A DNA stretch of 64,000 bases from a candidate division FCPU426 bacterium (GTDB taxonomy: Bacteria > Oederibacteriota > Muellerivitia > Muellerivitales > Muellerivitaceae): NCBI GenBank assembly GCA_963771075.1, contig CAVYSE010000004.1:1-64000 (forward strand), written 5' to 3'. How positions within the stretch are numbered: the first letter of the stretch is position 1; the number at the start of each line of letters is the position of its first letter. Under the pieces are notes generated by a model, which worked only from the letters and a program-made list of their open reading frames with translations, was not told the origin of the DNA and did not search any database. Of the stretch, positions 28,261 to 37,930 are shown in pieces. The position numbers and the translations under genes were made by a program.

Positions 28261-28893
28261 TTAGGCGTTCTCCAGCACCACACCCTCGATGATATTGGCC
28301 ACATCCTCGCAACGGTCGATCGCGGTCTCCACGCCCTCATAGATTTCCTTCCAAACCAGGACCTTGACCGCGTCCTTTTCCTCCTGGAAAAGCTTGGCCA
28401 CGGCCGCGTCCCGCACCGTGTCGCCATCGTTCTCCAATTTGTTGATCTCGATGCAGGCGTCCATGATGATCTTGGCGTTCTTCAGGTTCTTCAGTTCGCT
28501 CACGGCCTTTTGGAGCTCCAGCGTGGAACGATGGAGAAGCTTGGCCAATTCGATCAGGTCGGGCGGGATCTCGGTGACCCCATAGAGGATCAAACGCCGC
28601 GCGGCGCCGTCGATGTAGTCGATCACATCGTCCATGTTGGAAATGAGCTGGTGGATCTGGTCGCGGTCGATGGGCGTGATAAAAGTCTTGTGGAGCATTT
28701 CGAGGGTGTGATGGGTGATTTCGTCGGCGCGGTGCTCGGTTTCCTTCAAACGGCGGGCCTTGACCGGGACACTCTCGAAATGCTCGAGCATATCCACCAA
28801 AATGGCCGAACCTTCCACCAACGTCTCAGCATGACGGTTAAAAATATCGAAAAAACCGAATTCTTTGGGTATCAGGAAGCCGAACATGCCCAC
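28261..28893 (-). CDS. DUF47 / PhoU-like Pit accessory protein
   Basis: EHRADEI, TFITPIDR, LENDGD, DRCEDVA; directly upstream of pit. Confidence 0.92.
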   Translation of the reverse strand: MGMFGFLIPKEFGFFDIFNRHAETLVEGSAILVDMLEHFESVPVKARRLKETEHRADEITHHTLEMLHKTFITPIDRDQIHQLISNMDDVIDYIDGAARRLILYGVTEIPPDLIELAKLLHRSTLELQKAVSELKNLKNAKIIMDACIEINKLENDGDTVRDAAVAKLFQEEKDAVKVLVWKEIYEGVETAIDRCEDVANIIEGVVLENA

Positions 28894-29067
28894 CCCCGGT
28901 ATGTAAAATCCTTGTGAACGGGGAGGAGAATGCCATAGTTCTCCGATTTAGTTCAACTTCGAAAATCTTGACCGCTCAGAAACCAATGTTTCGCAGTTTT
29001 GTCTCGCTCTATATGACGTTTCGTTTCATACATTGCCATACGCTATCCGATTGTGATTCTTGCGGCC

Positions 29068-29101
29068 AAAAAAAAAGCTCCGGCCGGTGGGCCGAAGCTT
29101 T
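29068..29101 (-). terminator. Terminator after phoU
   Basis: AAGCTCCGGCC/GGCCGAAGCTT stem plus T9. Confidence 0.7.
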
Positions 29102-29133
29102 AGGTTTTGAGGGGTCTCACAACAGTCGCGGGG

Positions 29134-29790
29134 TCATCCCCGCCGGTGGCGGATATCCTTGCCGTCGACCATGTAGATCACGTCCTCGGAAATGTTGGTT
29201 GCGTGGTCAGCGATGCGCTCCAGGTAGCGGGAAACCAGGATCAGGTCGAGCGCCCGCTTGATGTTGGCCCGGTCGTCGAGCATGTAACTGATCAACTCCC
29301 GGATGAGCTGGTCGTTCAGGCTGTCCACCTCATCGTCCCTCTCGCAAACCTTCTTGGCCATCGCCGAATCGCGGTTGACCAAGGAGTCCAGCGAGTTTTT
29401 GAGCATCTCCTGCGTGATGTTGGCCAGCCGGGGGATGTCGATCAGGGGTTTCAGCGGGGCCACCTCGTTCAGGGTCAGGGCCCTTTCGCAGATGTTGACC
29501 GCCAGGTCCCCCATGCGCTCCAGGTCCGAGTTGATCTTCATGGTACTGGTGATGAACCGCATGTCGCCCGCCATGGGCTGGTGCAGGGCCAGCAGCCGGT
29601 GGCACACCTCGTCCACCTCGATCTCCAGGTCGTTGATATCCCGGTCGCTTTGGATGACCCGGCGGGAAAGCTTGCTATCCCGGTCCACGAGCGACTTGAT
29701 GGCCAGCCGGATGGACTCCTCCACCTTGCTCCCCATCAACAAAATCTTTTCCTTCAGGCCCGACAATTCCTCGTCGAAAGAGATCTGCAT
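29134..29790 (-). CDS. phoU: Phosphate signalling protein PhoU
   Basis: QPMAGDMR, DLERMGDLAVNI, DDEVD, LERIADHATNI. Confidence 0.97.
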   Translation of the reverse strand: MQISFDEELSGLKEKILLMGSKVEESIRLAIKSLVDRDSKLSRRVIQSDRDINDLEIEVDEVCHRLLALHQPMAGDMRFITSTMKINSDLERMGDLAVNICERALTLNEVAPLKPLIDIPRLANITQEMLKNSLDSLVNRDSAMAKKVCERDDEVDSLNDQLIRELISYMLDDRANIKRALDLILVSRYLERIADHATNISEDVIYMVDGKDIRHRRG

Positions 29791-29807
29791 TAATTCCCCC
29801 TAAAAAA

Positions 29808-29910
29808 ATCAGCGATTAGCTATTAGAGATTGGCTGTTAGGAAAATAACAACCATTAACCTTAAGATTTTTTCTTTAGCGAATAGCTAAAAGCCAATGGC
29901 TAATGGCTGT
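29808..29910. repeat. Inverted arrays of heptamer repeats
   Basis: CGATTAG CTATTAG AGATTGG CTGTTAG ... GCGAATA GCTAAAA GCCAATG GCTAATG. Confidence 0.7.
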
Positions 29911-29914
29911 TTTC

Positions 29915-30685
29915 TCAGCCGAAACGGCCGGTGATGTAATCTTCCGTCAGCTTGTTGGAAGGGTTGGTGAAGACCTTCTCGGTGTTATCGTATTCGATCA
30001 GCTTGCCGTTGAGCATAAAAGCCGTCTTTTGCGACACCCGCGCCGCCTGCTGCATGTTGTGGGTGACGATGATGATGGTGTAGTTCTGCCGGAGCTCGTG
30101 GATCAACTCCTCGATCTTCGAGGTGGAAATGGGGTCCAGGGCCGAGCATGGCTCGTCCATCAACAGGACTTCCAGGTCGATGGCCAGCGCCCGCGCGATG
30201 CAAAGGCGTTGCTGCTGCCCGCCCGAGAGGGCCGCGCCCGGCTTGTTCAGATTGTCCTTCACCTCGTCCCAGAGGGCCGCCTTGCGGAGACTCTGCTCCA
30301 CCTTCTGCTCCAAGGTCTTGTGGTCCCGGATGCCGCTGTTCAGGCGCAATCCGATCACGACATTCTCGTAGATGGAAAGGGTAGGAAAGGGAGTGGGCTT
30401 TTGGAACACCATCCCCACCCGGCGCCTGACCGCCACCGGGTCCATCTTGGTCGAAAAGATGCTCTGGCCTTCCAGGGTGATATCTCCGCCGAAACGGGAA
30501 CCGGGAACGGTCTCGTGCATCCGGTTGAAACAGCGGATCAGGGTGGATTTGCCGCATCCCGAGGGTCCGATGATGGCCGTCACTTCCCTTTCCCGGATCT
30601 CCATGTTTACAGTATAAAGGGCCTGCTTGTCCCCGAACCATGCGCATACGTCCTTCGCCTGCATCTTGACGGACGCGTTCGACAT
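29915..30685 (-). CDS. pstB: Phosphate ABC transporter ATPase
   Basis: [44 protein letters not shown]. Confidence 0.98.
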   Translation of the reverse strand: MSNASVKMQAKDVCAWFGDKQALYTVNMEIREREVTAIIGPSGCGKSTLIRCFNRMHETVPGSRFGGDITLEGQSIFSTKMDPVAVRRRVGMVFQKPTPFPTLSIYENVVIGLRLNSGIRDHKTLEQKVEQSLRKAALWDEVKDNLNKPGAALSGGQQQRLCIARALAIDLEVLLMDEPCSALDPISTSKIEELIHELRQNYTIIIVTHNMQQAARVSQKTAFMLNGKLIEYDNTEKVFTNPSNKLTEDYITGRFG

Positions 30686-30858
30686 TCACGTTTTCCTGGG
30701 CCACCTCGATTTTTTTCATGTCGATCTTGGTCTCTTCCGTTTTTTTCGTTTCGTTGGTCTTTTCCATTATATTCTCCATCGTCTTTTCCCCCCTTAACTC
30801 CCTGCGTCCCCCCGGAAACCTGTTGGTTTGGAGCCAACCCGATTTCCTGAAACCGAAG

Positions 30859-31749
30859 CTATCTCAATAACTGCCTGGGATTCTTGAAAAACATCTTCGC
30901 CGCCAGGTTGATCGTCAACACCAAAATCAGCAGCGCCAGAGCCCCGCTCCAGGCCTGGTCATGCCAGTCTTGGAAAGGCGAAATCGCGTAGGTAAAGACC
31001 TGCACCGTTAGGGACGCCGTCGGCTCATTAATCCCTTTCGCCCAAAATTGGTTGTTGAAGGAAGTAAAGAGCAGGGGCGCCGTCTCCCCCGCGATGCGGG
31101 CAATCGATAAAAGCACCCCGGTCAAGATCCCGTTCTTGGCCGTGCGGATCACGATAGACAGGATGGTGCGCCATTGCGGCACCCCCAACGCCCAAGACGC
31201 CTCCCGGATGCTGTGGGGCACCAGCTTGACCAGTTCCTCCGTCGTGCGGGAAACGATGGGGATCATCATGAAGCCCAAGGCCACCCCTCCGGCCAGGGCC
31301 GAGAAGTGGTGGGTGGTCTTGACGATCAGGGTGTAGGCCACGATACCTGTCACGATGGAGGGCACCCCGGACAGGACGTCCGCAGTGAAACGGACCCACC
31401 AGGCGAACAGGTTTTTCTTCCCATATTCGGACAGGTAGACTCCCGCGAAGATCCCGATGGGAAGACCCACCAGGGAGGCGATGGCGATCAAGGTCATGGT
31501 TCCCAGGATGGCGTTCCCCATCCCGCCCCCGTCCACACCCACCGGCGTGGGCAAGTGGGTCAGGAACACCCAGTCCAGCCTCTTGAAACCCTGGAGCAGC
31601 ACATAAAGCAACAGGCTGACCAGGGGGATCATGGCCAGGAAAGAAGCCGCCCCGCACAAAAATACCATCAGCCGGTCCACGAAGTGCCTGCGCGCGTTGA
31701 AGTCGAACATGGGTCCCCTTACCTTTGGTACTTGGAGGTCGTCATCCAC
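30859..31749 (-). CDS. pstA: Phosphate ABC transporter permease (start may be 31710)
   Basis: GVPSIVTG, REASWALG, ARIAGETAPL. Confidence 0.97.
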   Translation of the reverse strand: MDDDLQVPKVRGPMFDFNARRHFVDRLMVFLCGAASFLAMIPLVSLLLYVLLQGFKRLDWVFLTHLPTPVGVDGGGMGNAILGTMTLIAIASLVGLPIGIFAGVYLSEYGKKNLFAWWVRFTADVLSGVPSIVTGIVAYTLIVKTTHHFSALAGGVALGFMMIPIVSRTTEELVKLVPHSIREASWALGVPQWRTILSIVIRTAKNGILTGVLLSIARIAGETAPLLFTSFNNQFWAKGINEPTASLTVQVFTYAISPFQDWHDQAWSGALALLILVLTINLAAKMFFKNPRQLLR

Positions 31750-32879
31750 ACCAGCAGGTTGGCGATGACGTTGAGTATGAAAGTGATCACCATGAGCAAT
31801 AGGCCGATCTCGGCCAGGGCCGCGATATGGACGTCGCTCACCGCCTCGGAAAACTCGTTGGCGATCACGCTCGCCATGCTATGCGAGGCCGCCAAAAGGT
31901 TGGTCGAGACCTGGGGGTTGTTCCCGATGACCATGGTCACGGCCATGGTTTCCCCCAAAGCCCGGCCCAGGGCCAGCATCAGGGCGCCCAAAATGCCCAC
32001 CTTGGAGGGTTTCAACACCGACAGCTGGATGGTTTCCCAATTGGTGGCCCCCAGCGCCTTGGCGGATTCCCGCTGGCTGTTGGGAACCGACTCGAAAACT
32101 TCCCGGCTGATGGCCGTGATCGTCGGAAGGATCATGATCGATAGAATGACGCCGGCGGTGAACAGGGATAATCCCGTCGAAGGTCCCTGGAACAGGGGAT
32201 ATTTGTTCAGGAAGGACTGAAAGGGGCCCCAGAGCCCGCAGCCCACCAATAAGCTCAGGAGCCCGAAAACTATATTTTCGGCCTGGGTGAAATGCCTCTG
32301 GGTCCGGGTAAGGCCGAGGGATTTCATGACCATAAAAAAAACAATGGCTCCCGTGAGGGAAGCGAGGGTCACCAAAATCGGGTTACCGACCTTGATGAGG
32401 AAAGGGTCCACATGCACCCGCATGAAGGGCGCCAAGAGGAAGATGCCCCACAGGCCATAGACTACGCTGGGAATGGCCGCCAGGATCTCGACCACGAAGG
32501 CCACCGGGTCCCTCATCTTCATGGGGGCTAGTTCGGTCAGGAAAAGCGAGATCCCCAACCCCAAGGGGGTCGCGATTAAGAGGGCAATCAGGGAAGAAAC
32601 CAGCGTGCCATACACAAAGGGAACGCAGCCAAAGAGGTTCTTGACCGGGTCCCAGTCGCTGCTGGTTAAAAAGGACCAACCCGAGACCTTCATGGAAGGC
32701 TCGGCGGCGATGAACAAGGTGACGGCAGTCATGACCGCCAAGGCGAGGATCAGGAAAGCCATGAAGGCCGTGAAGCCGCGGAACAATCGGTCGGCCAGGC
32801 CGGATAAGGGTAGAGAAGCAGAAAACGAGAAGGCCTTGGGGGCCTTCCCGTCCACCGCCATTTCGGTTGTACTGTTCAA
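31719..32879 (-). CDS. pstC: Phosphate ABC transporter permease with an internal two-TM insertion
   Basis: LAAIPSVVYGLWG, ALGATNWE, GRALGETMAV, IANEF. Confidence 0.97.
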   Translation of the reverse strand: MNSTTEMAVDGKAPKAFSFSASLPLSGLADRLFRGFTAFMAFLILALAVMTAVTLFIAAEPSMKVSGWSFLTSSDWDPVKNLFGCVPFVYGTLVSSLIALLIATPLGLGISLFLTELAPMKMRDPVAFVVEILAAIPSVVYGLWGIFLLAPFMRVHVDPFLIKVGNPILVTLASLTGAIVFFMVMKSLGLTRTQRHFTQAENIVFGLLSLLVGCGLWGPFQSFLNKYPLFQGPSTGLSLFTAGVILSIMILPTITAISREVFESVPNSQRESAKALGATNWETIQLSVLKPSKVGILGALMLALGRALGETMAVTMVIGNNPQVSTNLLAASHSMASVIANEFSEAVSDVHIAALAEIGLLLMVITFILNVIANLLVWMTTSKYQR

Positions 32880-32892
32880 TTCATATCCTAAA

Positions 32893-33915
32893 TTAAAACT
32901 TTACTTCGTCGATCTGCGCCTGCACCTTATCCACCAGGGAAGCGGGCAGAGGCGCGTAGTACAGGTCCGCGGCCATGCTTTCCCCATTGGCTAAATACCA
33001 CTTCAGGAAATCCGTCACGGCCTTACCGGTGCCGTTATCGCTGTAGTTCTTGTAGACCAACAGCCAGGTGAACCCGCAAATGGGATAGGCCTTCTCGCCG
33101 GGCGCGTTTGTAATCATCATTCGGAAATCCTTCGGCATGCGCTTCAAGGCCCCGTCCGCGGCGGCGGTGGTCGATTCCAGGGTCGGTTCCACGAACTGGC
33201 CCGCCTTGTTCTTCAATACCGCGTAGGGAAGCTTGTTCTTGACCGCGTAGGCCAATTCCACATAGCCGATGCAGCCGGGAATCTGCTGGATCAATCCCGC
33301 CACGCCCTCGTTGCCTTTGCCCCCGTTACCCACCGGCCATTTCACCGAGGTGCCGAAACCCACGTTGCCGGCCCACTGGGTGCTGACCTTAGTCAGGTAA
33401 TTGGTGAAGATATTGGAAGTGCCGCTACCATCAGAACGGTGAGCCACCGTGATATTCTGGTCGGGCAGGGTCACGCCGGGGTTCAAGTCGGCGATGGCCT
33501 TGTCGTTCCAATTCTTGATGGTGCCGTAGAAGATGCCTTCCAAGGTATCCGCGTCCAGTTTGAGCTTGTCCACGCCCGTCAGGTTGTAGGCAACCGCCAC
33601 AGCGCCCGCCACCGTCGGGAAGTGCAACACTCCCGGCTTGACTTTGGAAATCTGGTCGTCCGTCATGGGGGCGTCCGAGGCCCCGAAATCCACGGTCCCG
33701 GCGGTCAACTGCTGGATGCCTCCGCCCGAGCCTATGGATTGGTAGTTGATGGCCACGCCGGCCGACTTGTTGTACTCGTAAAACCACTTCGAGTAGATGG
33801 GATAGGGGAAGGTCGCGCCTGCTCCGTTGAGCGACGCACCGGCCCTTGCGAGGGTGGCTCCCGCCATCACAACGGCGGCTAACGCACCGATCAAAATCTT
33901 ACTTGAGTTTTTCAT
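32893..33915 (-). CDS. pstS: Phosphate-binding protein
   Basis: GAGATFP, YQSIGSGGG, DFGASD, RSDGSGT, GKGNEGV. Confidence 0.98.
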   Translation of the reverse strand: MKNSSKILIGALAAVVMAGATLARAGASLNGAGATFPYPIYSKWFYEYNKSAGVAINYQSIGSGGGIQQLTAGTVDFGASDAPMTDDQISKVKPGVLHFPTVAGAVAVAYNLTGVDKLKLDADTLEGIFYGTIKNWNDKAIADLNPGVTLPDQNITVAHRSDGSGTSNIFTNYLTKVSTQWAGNVGFGTSVKWPVGNGGKGNEGVAGLIQQIPGCIGYVELAYAVKNKLPYAVLKNKAGQFVEPTLESTTAAADGALKRMPKDFRMMITNAPGEKAYPICGFTWLLVYKNYSDNGTGKAVTDFLKWYLANGESMAADLYYAPLPASLVDKVQAQIDEVKF

Positions 33916-34124
33916 AAAAACCTCGTTTCCGTTCTGAATTGTATTCATCGTCTGAATTGCCGGACGTTACTTGCTTGTTAATTAAAGTTGGGTTACCCCT
34001 GCCCTTTTAATAGCATTGACTTATAAGGAAAGGGGGTGGGGGCCAATCCGGTTCCCTGACTACCGGACGGCCCCCAAGAAACGCTTACCACGTCATGAAA
34101 TGATTCCCCGAATCACTTCAAGAC

Positions 34125-35576
34125 TTAGAAACGATACCAAGTGCTTAAGGCTAAACGAGTATCCTGCCCGTAAGGGGTAAAAGCTGGAGAAGCGAGGGAA
34201 ACATAGGTGGTTGTCGCCAAGTCCACCTCAAAGGCCAGGCGCACGTTATCCGTGATGTCCTGCATCACGTTGCCAAACATGTTGGCATCGTCGTCATAAA
34301 TACTGTTGGCCGACTGGCCGTTCAAAGCGAACGACCCAATGTTGTCCGAAAACACCTCGCCGTAGCCGAAAGTGAAGAAGGTCCCGACGCTCTTCGGCAA
34401 ATGAATCTGGATTTGGGCGTTGTAAGACACGGTATCGATCAAACCATACAGGTTCCCTGTACCCGCTCCACCGGTGTTGTATTGTCCAATGATTCCGGTG
34501 TCGGCCAGGGCAATGCCGCTTGGCAACGTATAGCCGGTCACACCGCCGCTGAAGCTGTTGAGCTCGTCGGCAATGCCGTTTCCATAGGTCCATTCGCAGG
34601 AAGCCGTAACGGTCGGGTCGTCCTTGTCGGTCGCTGGGACGATGGGAATCATGGCATCCACGGCGATACCCTTGCCCTGAAGGAAGGAGTTGTCCCCTTC
34701 CGATTCTGTGTGGCCGCTTTGGTTCAAGTTTCCAAGGTTATAGGTGCGGAAGGTCCCGGAAATACCGATGCTGAGGGGAACCTTATGCGAGGCTCCGGTT
34801 GCGTATGAAAATTCACCTTCCCAATTGTTCATTACGAAACGGATACCCGCATCCACGTTGGGGTAGCTCGAAATGGATTGTTCCGGACGCTCCGCGTCCA
34901 CCGCGATCTGGATCTGGGCGCCGCTGCTGTCCCCAATCGTCTTCATCACGCCTAAGCGGGGAGTCCTCTCATAAACGGTACCCATGATCGGCTGGGGTTG
35001 GACGGAAGCCAAAACATAGTCCATGTTCCATCCAAAGAGGGTCCAATATTGGCCCGCCATGATGTCCCATCCATCATTCTGCAAGTCCAAATAGCAATGG
35101 CGGATACGGAAAGTGGGCGCCACATACAAGTTGGCTTCCGCCGAGTTCGCTGCCCCCAAGAAGTCACCTTCCAGATAGCCCTTGGTCGCCCAGCCGCCCA
35201 CGGTCGTCTTGGCTAAAAAATCAATCCGGCTGTTTCGGACAGATTCTTGCAGTTGCGGCGTATAGGCCGCATTGCTGGAGGCCCCTGCTCCCTGGCGGGG
35301 CAACCCAGTGTTGGGAAGGTATTCATTCTTCCCCGTGACCTCGGAATCCCAGGTAAAGTCTGTTTCCTCGAACCCATGGATCTCGATATCCATCGACTGT
35401 TTTTTCTCGACTGTCGCGATGCGGTTCGTCAAAGTCCCGATCGCCGAGTTCATATCTTCCTGAAGCGCGGACGTCGAATCATCCGAACCCATTTCCTCTT
35501 CCGCGGATGCGGGAGCGGTCAGGACCGCCAGCATTCCAGTCAAGAAAAGTACTAATAACATCCAAGACCGTTTCAT
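34125..35576 (-). CDS. Outer-membrane porin-like protein upstream of pstS
   Basis: Signal peptide, short coiled coil, RNSRIDF, LEGDF, RIRHCY, AGQYW, C-terminal WYRF. Confidence 0.8.
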   Translation of the reverse strand: MKRSWMLLVLFLTGMLAVLTAPASAEEEMGSDDSTSALQEDMNSAIGTLTNRIATVEKKQSMDIEIHGFEETDFTWDSEVTGKNEYLPNTGLPRQGAGASSNAAYTPQLQESVRNSRIDFLAKTTVGGWATKGYLEGDFLGAANSAEANLYVAPTFRIRHCYLDLQNDGWDIMAGQYWTLFGWNMDYVLASVQPQPIMGTVYERTPRLGVMKTIGDSSGAQIQIAVDAERPEQSISSYPNVDAGIRFVMNNWEGEFSYATGASHKVPLSIGISGTFRTYNLGNLNQSGHTESEGDNSFLQGKGIAVDAMIPIVPATDKDDPTVTASCEWTYGNGIADELNSFSGGVTGYTLPSGIALADTGIIGQYNTGGAGTGNLYGLIDTVSYNAQIQIHLPKSVGTFFTFGYGEVFSDNIGSFALNGQSANSIYDDDANMFGNVMQDITDNVRLAFEVDLATTTYVSLASPAFTPYGQDTRLALSTWYRF

Positions 35577-35700
35577 ATCTTCTCCTCTGTTTTTATTTTT
35601 TCCCGTGACCGGGTGCTGCGTTTGCCTTGTGTGTTGAAGCGCGTAAAAAATAGCCAAACCCGGTTCCGGAAAATTTCGTGGAGACTCTATAGATGGGGGC

Positions 35701-35737
35701 GTTACGTAACGTCACAACAATGTTAAATCCGAGTTAA
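35701..35737 (-). promoter_or_regulatory. Putative Pho boxes
   Basis: GTTAC/GTCAC/GTTAA/GTTAA at 35701, 35711, 35722, 35733 (10-11 bp period); a similar pair at 33966/33977 before pstS. Confidence 0.65.
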
Positions 35738-35882
35738 CTTTGAAAATTTCGTAATGTTGGTGGAAATAAAAGAGTATTAAAGTGGTTTCCTACATACGGA
35801 TAACTCATTAAAAATAACTTTGAACTATATTTTTGATAGCAAAGCGGCCATTAAAATTTTAAAACATTCAAGGAGTTTAAAA

Positions 35883-36392
35883 ATGAAAAGATACATCTTG
35901 GTGATGGCATTCCTCGCCGGAACTGGGGTTGCCTGTGCCGGTAATGACGCCTTGTCCCATTCCAGCCCGGCGCCCCTGGGGGAAAGGCTGGCCCTCTATC
36001 TACAAGGAATGATGACCATCGAATCCGCCATTTGGGAACAAAACCATCCCGCCGGCATGGATTACCGCGAGGGAGTCCACATGGCGGTCAACTATGAGCC
36101 CGCCGAAAAATTGATTGGCGTCTCGGTGGTGGGGACCCAGGACGACCTCAAATACGTCCAGGGCCTTCTGGAAAAGGTCCAAAAAGCACTGCTTTCCTTC
36201 AATAAAAAGATAGAAAACGATTATGGCGTCGAATTATCCGAACAGGATTTTTCCTTCGCTTATCTCAATGTCAAAACCGGAAGAATCATGATGCGTTTGA
36301 AAAGCGGGCAGGGGGTGGACCTGGGACCAACGCCGACCCCCGAACCGGCGCCTACCCATCCAAACGAAGTGGACATGACCCCGAAACTATAA
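35883..36392 (+). CDS. Secreted hypothetical protein
   Basis: AGGAG RBS, signal peptide, Pro-rich tail. Confidence 0.7.
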   Translation: MKRYILVMAFLAGTGVACAGNDALSHSSPAPLGERLALYLQGMMTIESAIWEQNHPAGMDYREGVHMAVNYEPAEKLIGVSVVGTQDDLKYVQGLLEKVQKALLSFNKKIENDYGVELSEQDFSFAYLNVKTGRIMMRLKSGQGVDLGPTPTPEPAPTHPNEVDMTPKL

Positions 36393-36505
36393 GAAGGATG
36401 AGCTGTTAAATGTCGGTCTGATACCCATTTTAATTTGTGACCTGGGCCAACGAGAAATGGATTTTGGTATAAATCGGTGTTAGGCCGGTAAAAGGGGTCT
36501 CTACT

Positions 36506-37930
36506 TTACTTCAGCGCGTCCGACGTCCCCCCGTTCAACAGATACCGGCTGGCCACGGCCGACCAAAGGCTTGTTTTGGCCTCGGCCATCTCCACTTCCA
36601 TATCGACCCGGTCCTTGAGGGCCTGCTGGAAATTCGACAGGGGCCCCAGGAAAGCCAGGTAACGCTCCTTGGACACGGTCTCGGCCTTTTCGACGTTTTG
36701 TCTTTCACTGTCCAAAATTTTAAGTTCCTCCCGGGACCTTTCAATCTCGTCGGTGAACTTGATGTTCAAGTCATCCAGCGCCAGTTGGTCCGCCCCGGCT
36801 TCGGCGCTCCGGGCCTCCGCCTCGGCGTGGGCAGCCTTTTCTTCGGCATCGATCCGGAACCCCTCGAACAAGGGCAGGCTGATCCCCACGAATAGCGAAT
36901 AATCCTGGGAGGATACCAGCCGGGTATCGCTCAGGTAGCCCGCGCTTCCCGCCACTTCCAAAACAGGCAGATTCTCCGCGGAATACTGGGAGGCTTTCTC
37001 CTCCGCCGATTGGGTCTCAAACCTCGCCCTCATGACCAGCGGGCTAAACCCGAGGGTTTCCAGCTTCGGGCCGTAATCCGCCGGCAAGCCGGAAGGGGGG
37101 GGGCAGGAGACGGAAACGGGTTCCATTCCCGTTAAAAGGGCCAGCCGCCGAATACCAGCCTGGTATTGGCGATCGAAATCCCCCGCCCGCAAGGCGGCAT
37201 CGGACAATTGGTCCTCGATGAGGAGCCCCTGGTCCTCTGAATACTGCCCGTTCCTCACGAACCGCCTGACCGTGGCGAGTATCCCCGCCAGTTCGTCCGC
37301 CAGCCTTTTCCAGGCGTCGCGGTCCCCCTTGAGGCGCACGGCTTCCAGGTAGGCGTTGAGGGTCTGCTGATCCACCAGCGCCGTTTGGAACTTGGTCCCT
37401 TCCAGGCTGGCGTCGGCCTCGTAATGGGCCGCGGAGGATTGGTGCCAGACGGACAGGTCCAGCAGGTCCCACTTGGCGTAGGCGCTGGCGGCCGGTCCCT
37501 GACGGTAGGGCGAGGCCACCATCCCGGGAAAGCTGTCCAGTCCCGAGGTGCCGAAGCCCGAGGAGGACCCGGGAAACCCGGTGGAATCCACCGCGTCCAG
37601 GCCTACCGTGGGGAAAAAACCCGAATCGGCGGCCCTTGAAAATTCCTTCGCCTCCCTTTCCCTGGCCAGGAAAGCCTTCAGGGAAGGACTGTTTTTCTCG
37701 GCCTGTTGGAGCGCCTGGCCCAAGGTCAGGTCCGTGGCTTGAGCCTGCGCCGAACCAACAAACAAGAAAAACCCAAAAACGAAAAAACTCATTCCACCGC
37801 GAAGACGCGAAGAAAATCCAAGGGAAACGCTTGGAAAGAGAATGGGCAGGAAATTTAAACCAAGATTGGAGGCTTTGCCTTCCTTCGTGCCTTCGCGTCT
37901 TCGGGGTGAAAACTTTCTTGTGTCTTTCAT
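36506..37930 (-). CDS. TolC-family outer membrane efflux protein
   Basis: LTLGQALQQAEKNSPSL, FFPTVGL, LPVLEV, GISLPLFEG; ATGA overlap with the RND stop. Confidence 0.9.
   Translation of the reverse strand: MKDTRKFSPRRREGTKEGKASNLGLNFLPILFPSVSLGFSSRLRGGMSFFVFGFFLFVGSAQAQATDLTLGQALQQAEKNSPSLKAFLAREREAKEFSRAADSGFFPTVGLDAVDSTGFPGSSSGFGTSGLDSFPGMVASPYRQGPAASAYAKWDLLDLSVWHQSSAAHYEADASLEGTKFQTALVDQQTLNAYLEAVRLKGDRDAWKRLADELAGILATVRRFVRNGQYSEDQGLLIEDQLSDAALRAGDFDRQYQAGIRRLALLTGMEPVSVSCPPPSGLPADYGPKLETLGFSPLVMRARFETQSAEEKASQYSAENLPVLEVAGSAGYLSDTRLVSSQDYSLFVGISLPLFEGFRIDAEEKAAHAEAEARSAEAGADQLALDDLNIKFTDEIERSREELKILDSERQNVEKAETVSKERYLAFLGPLSNFQQALKDRVDMEVEMAEAKTSLWSAVASRYLLNGGTSDALK
37792..37911. repeat. 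120-bp palindromic element in frame within the TolC signal region
   Basis: TTCCACCGCGAAGACGCGAAG ... CTTCGCGTCTTCGGGGTGAAA (19/21 complementary). Confidence 0.8.
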
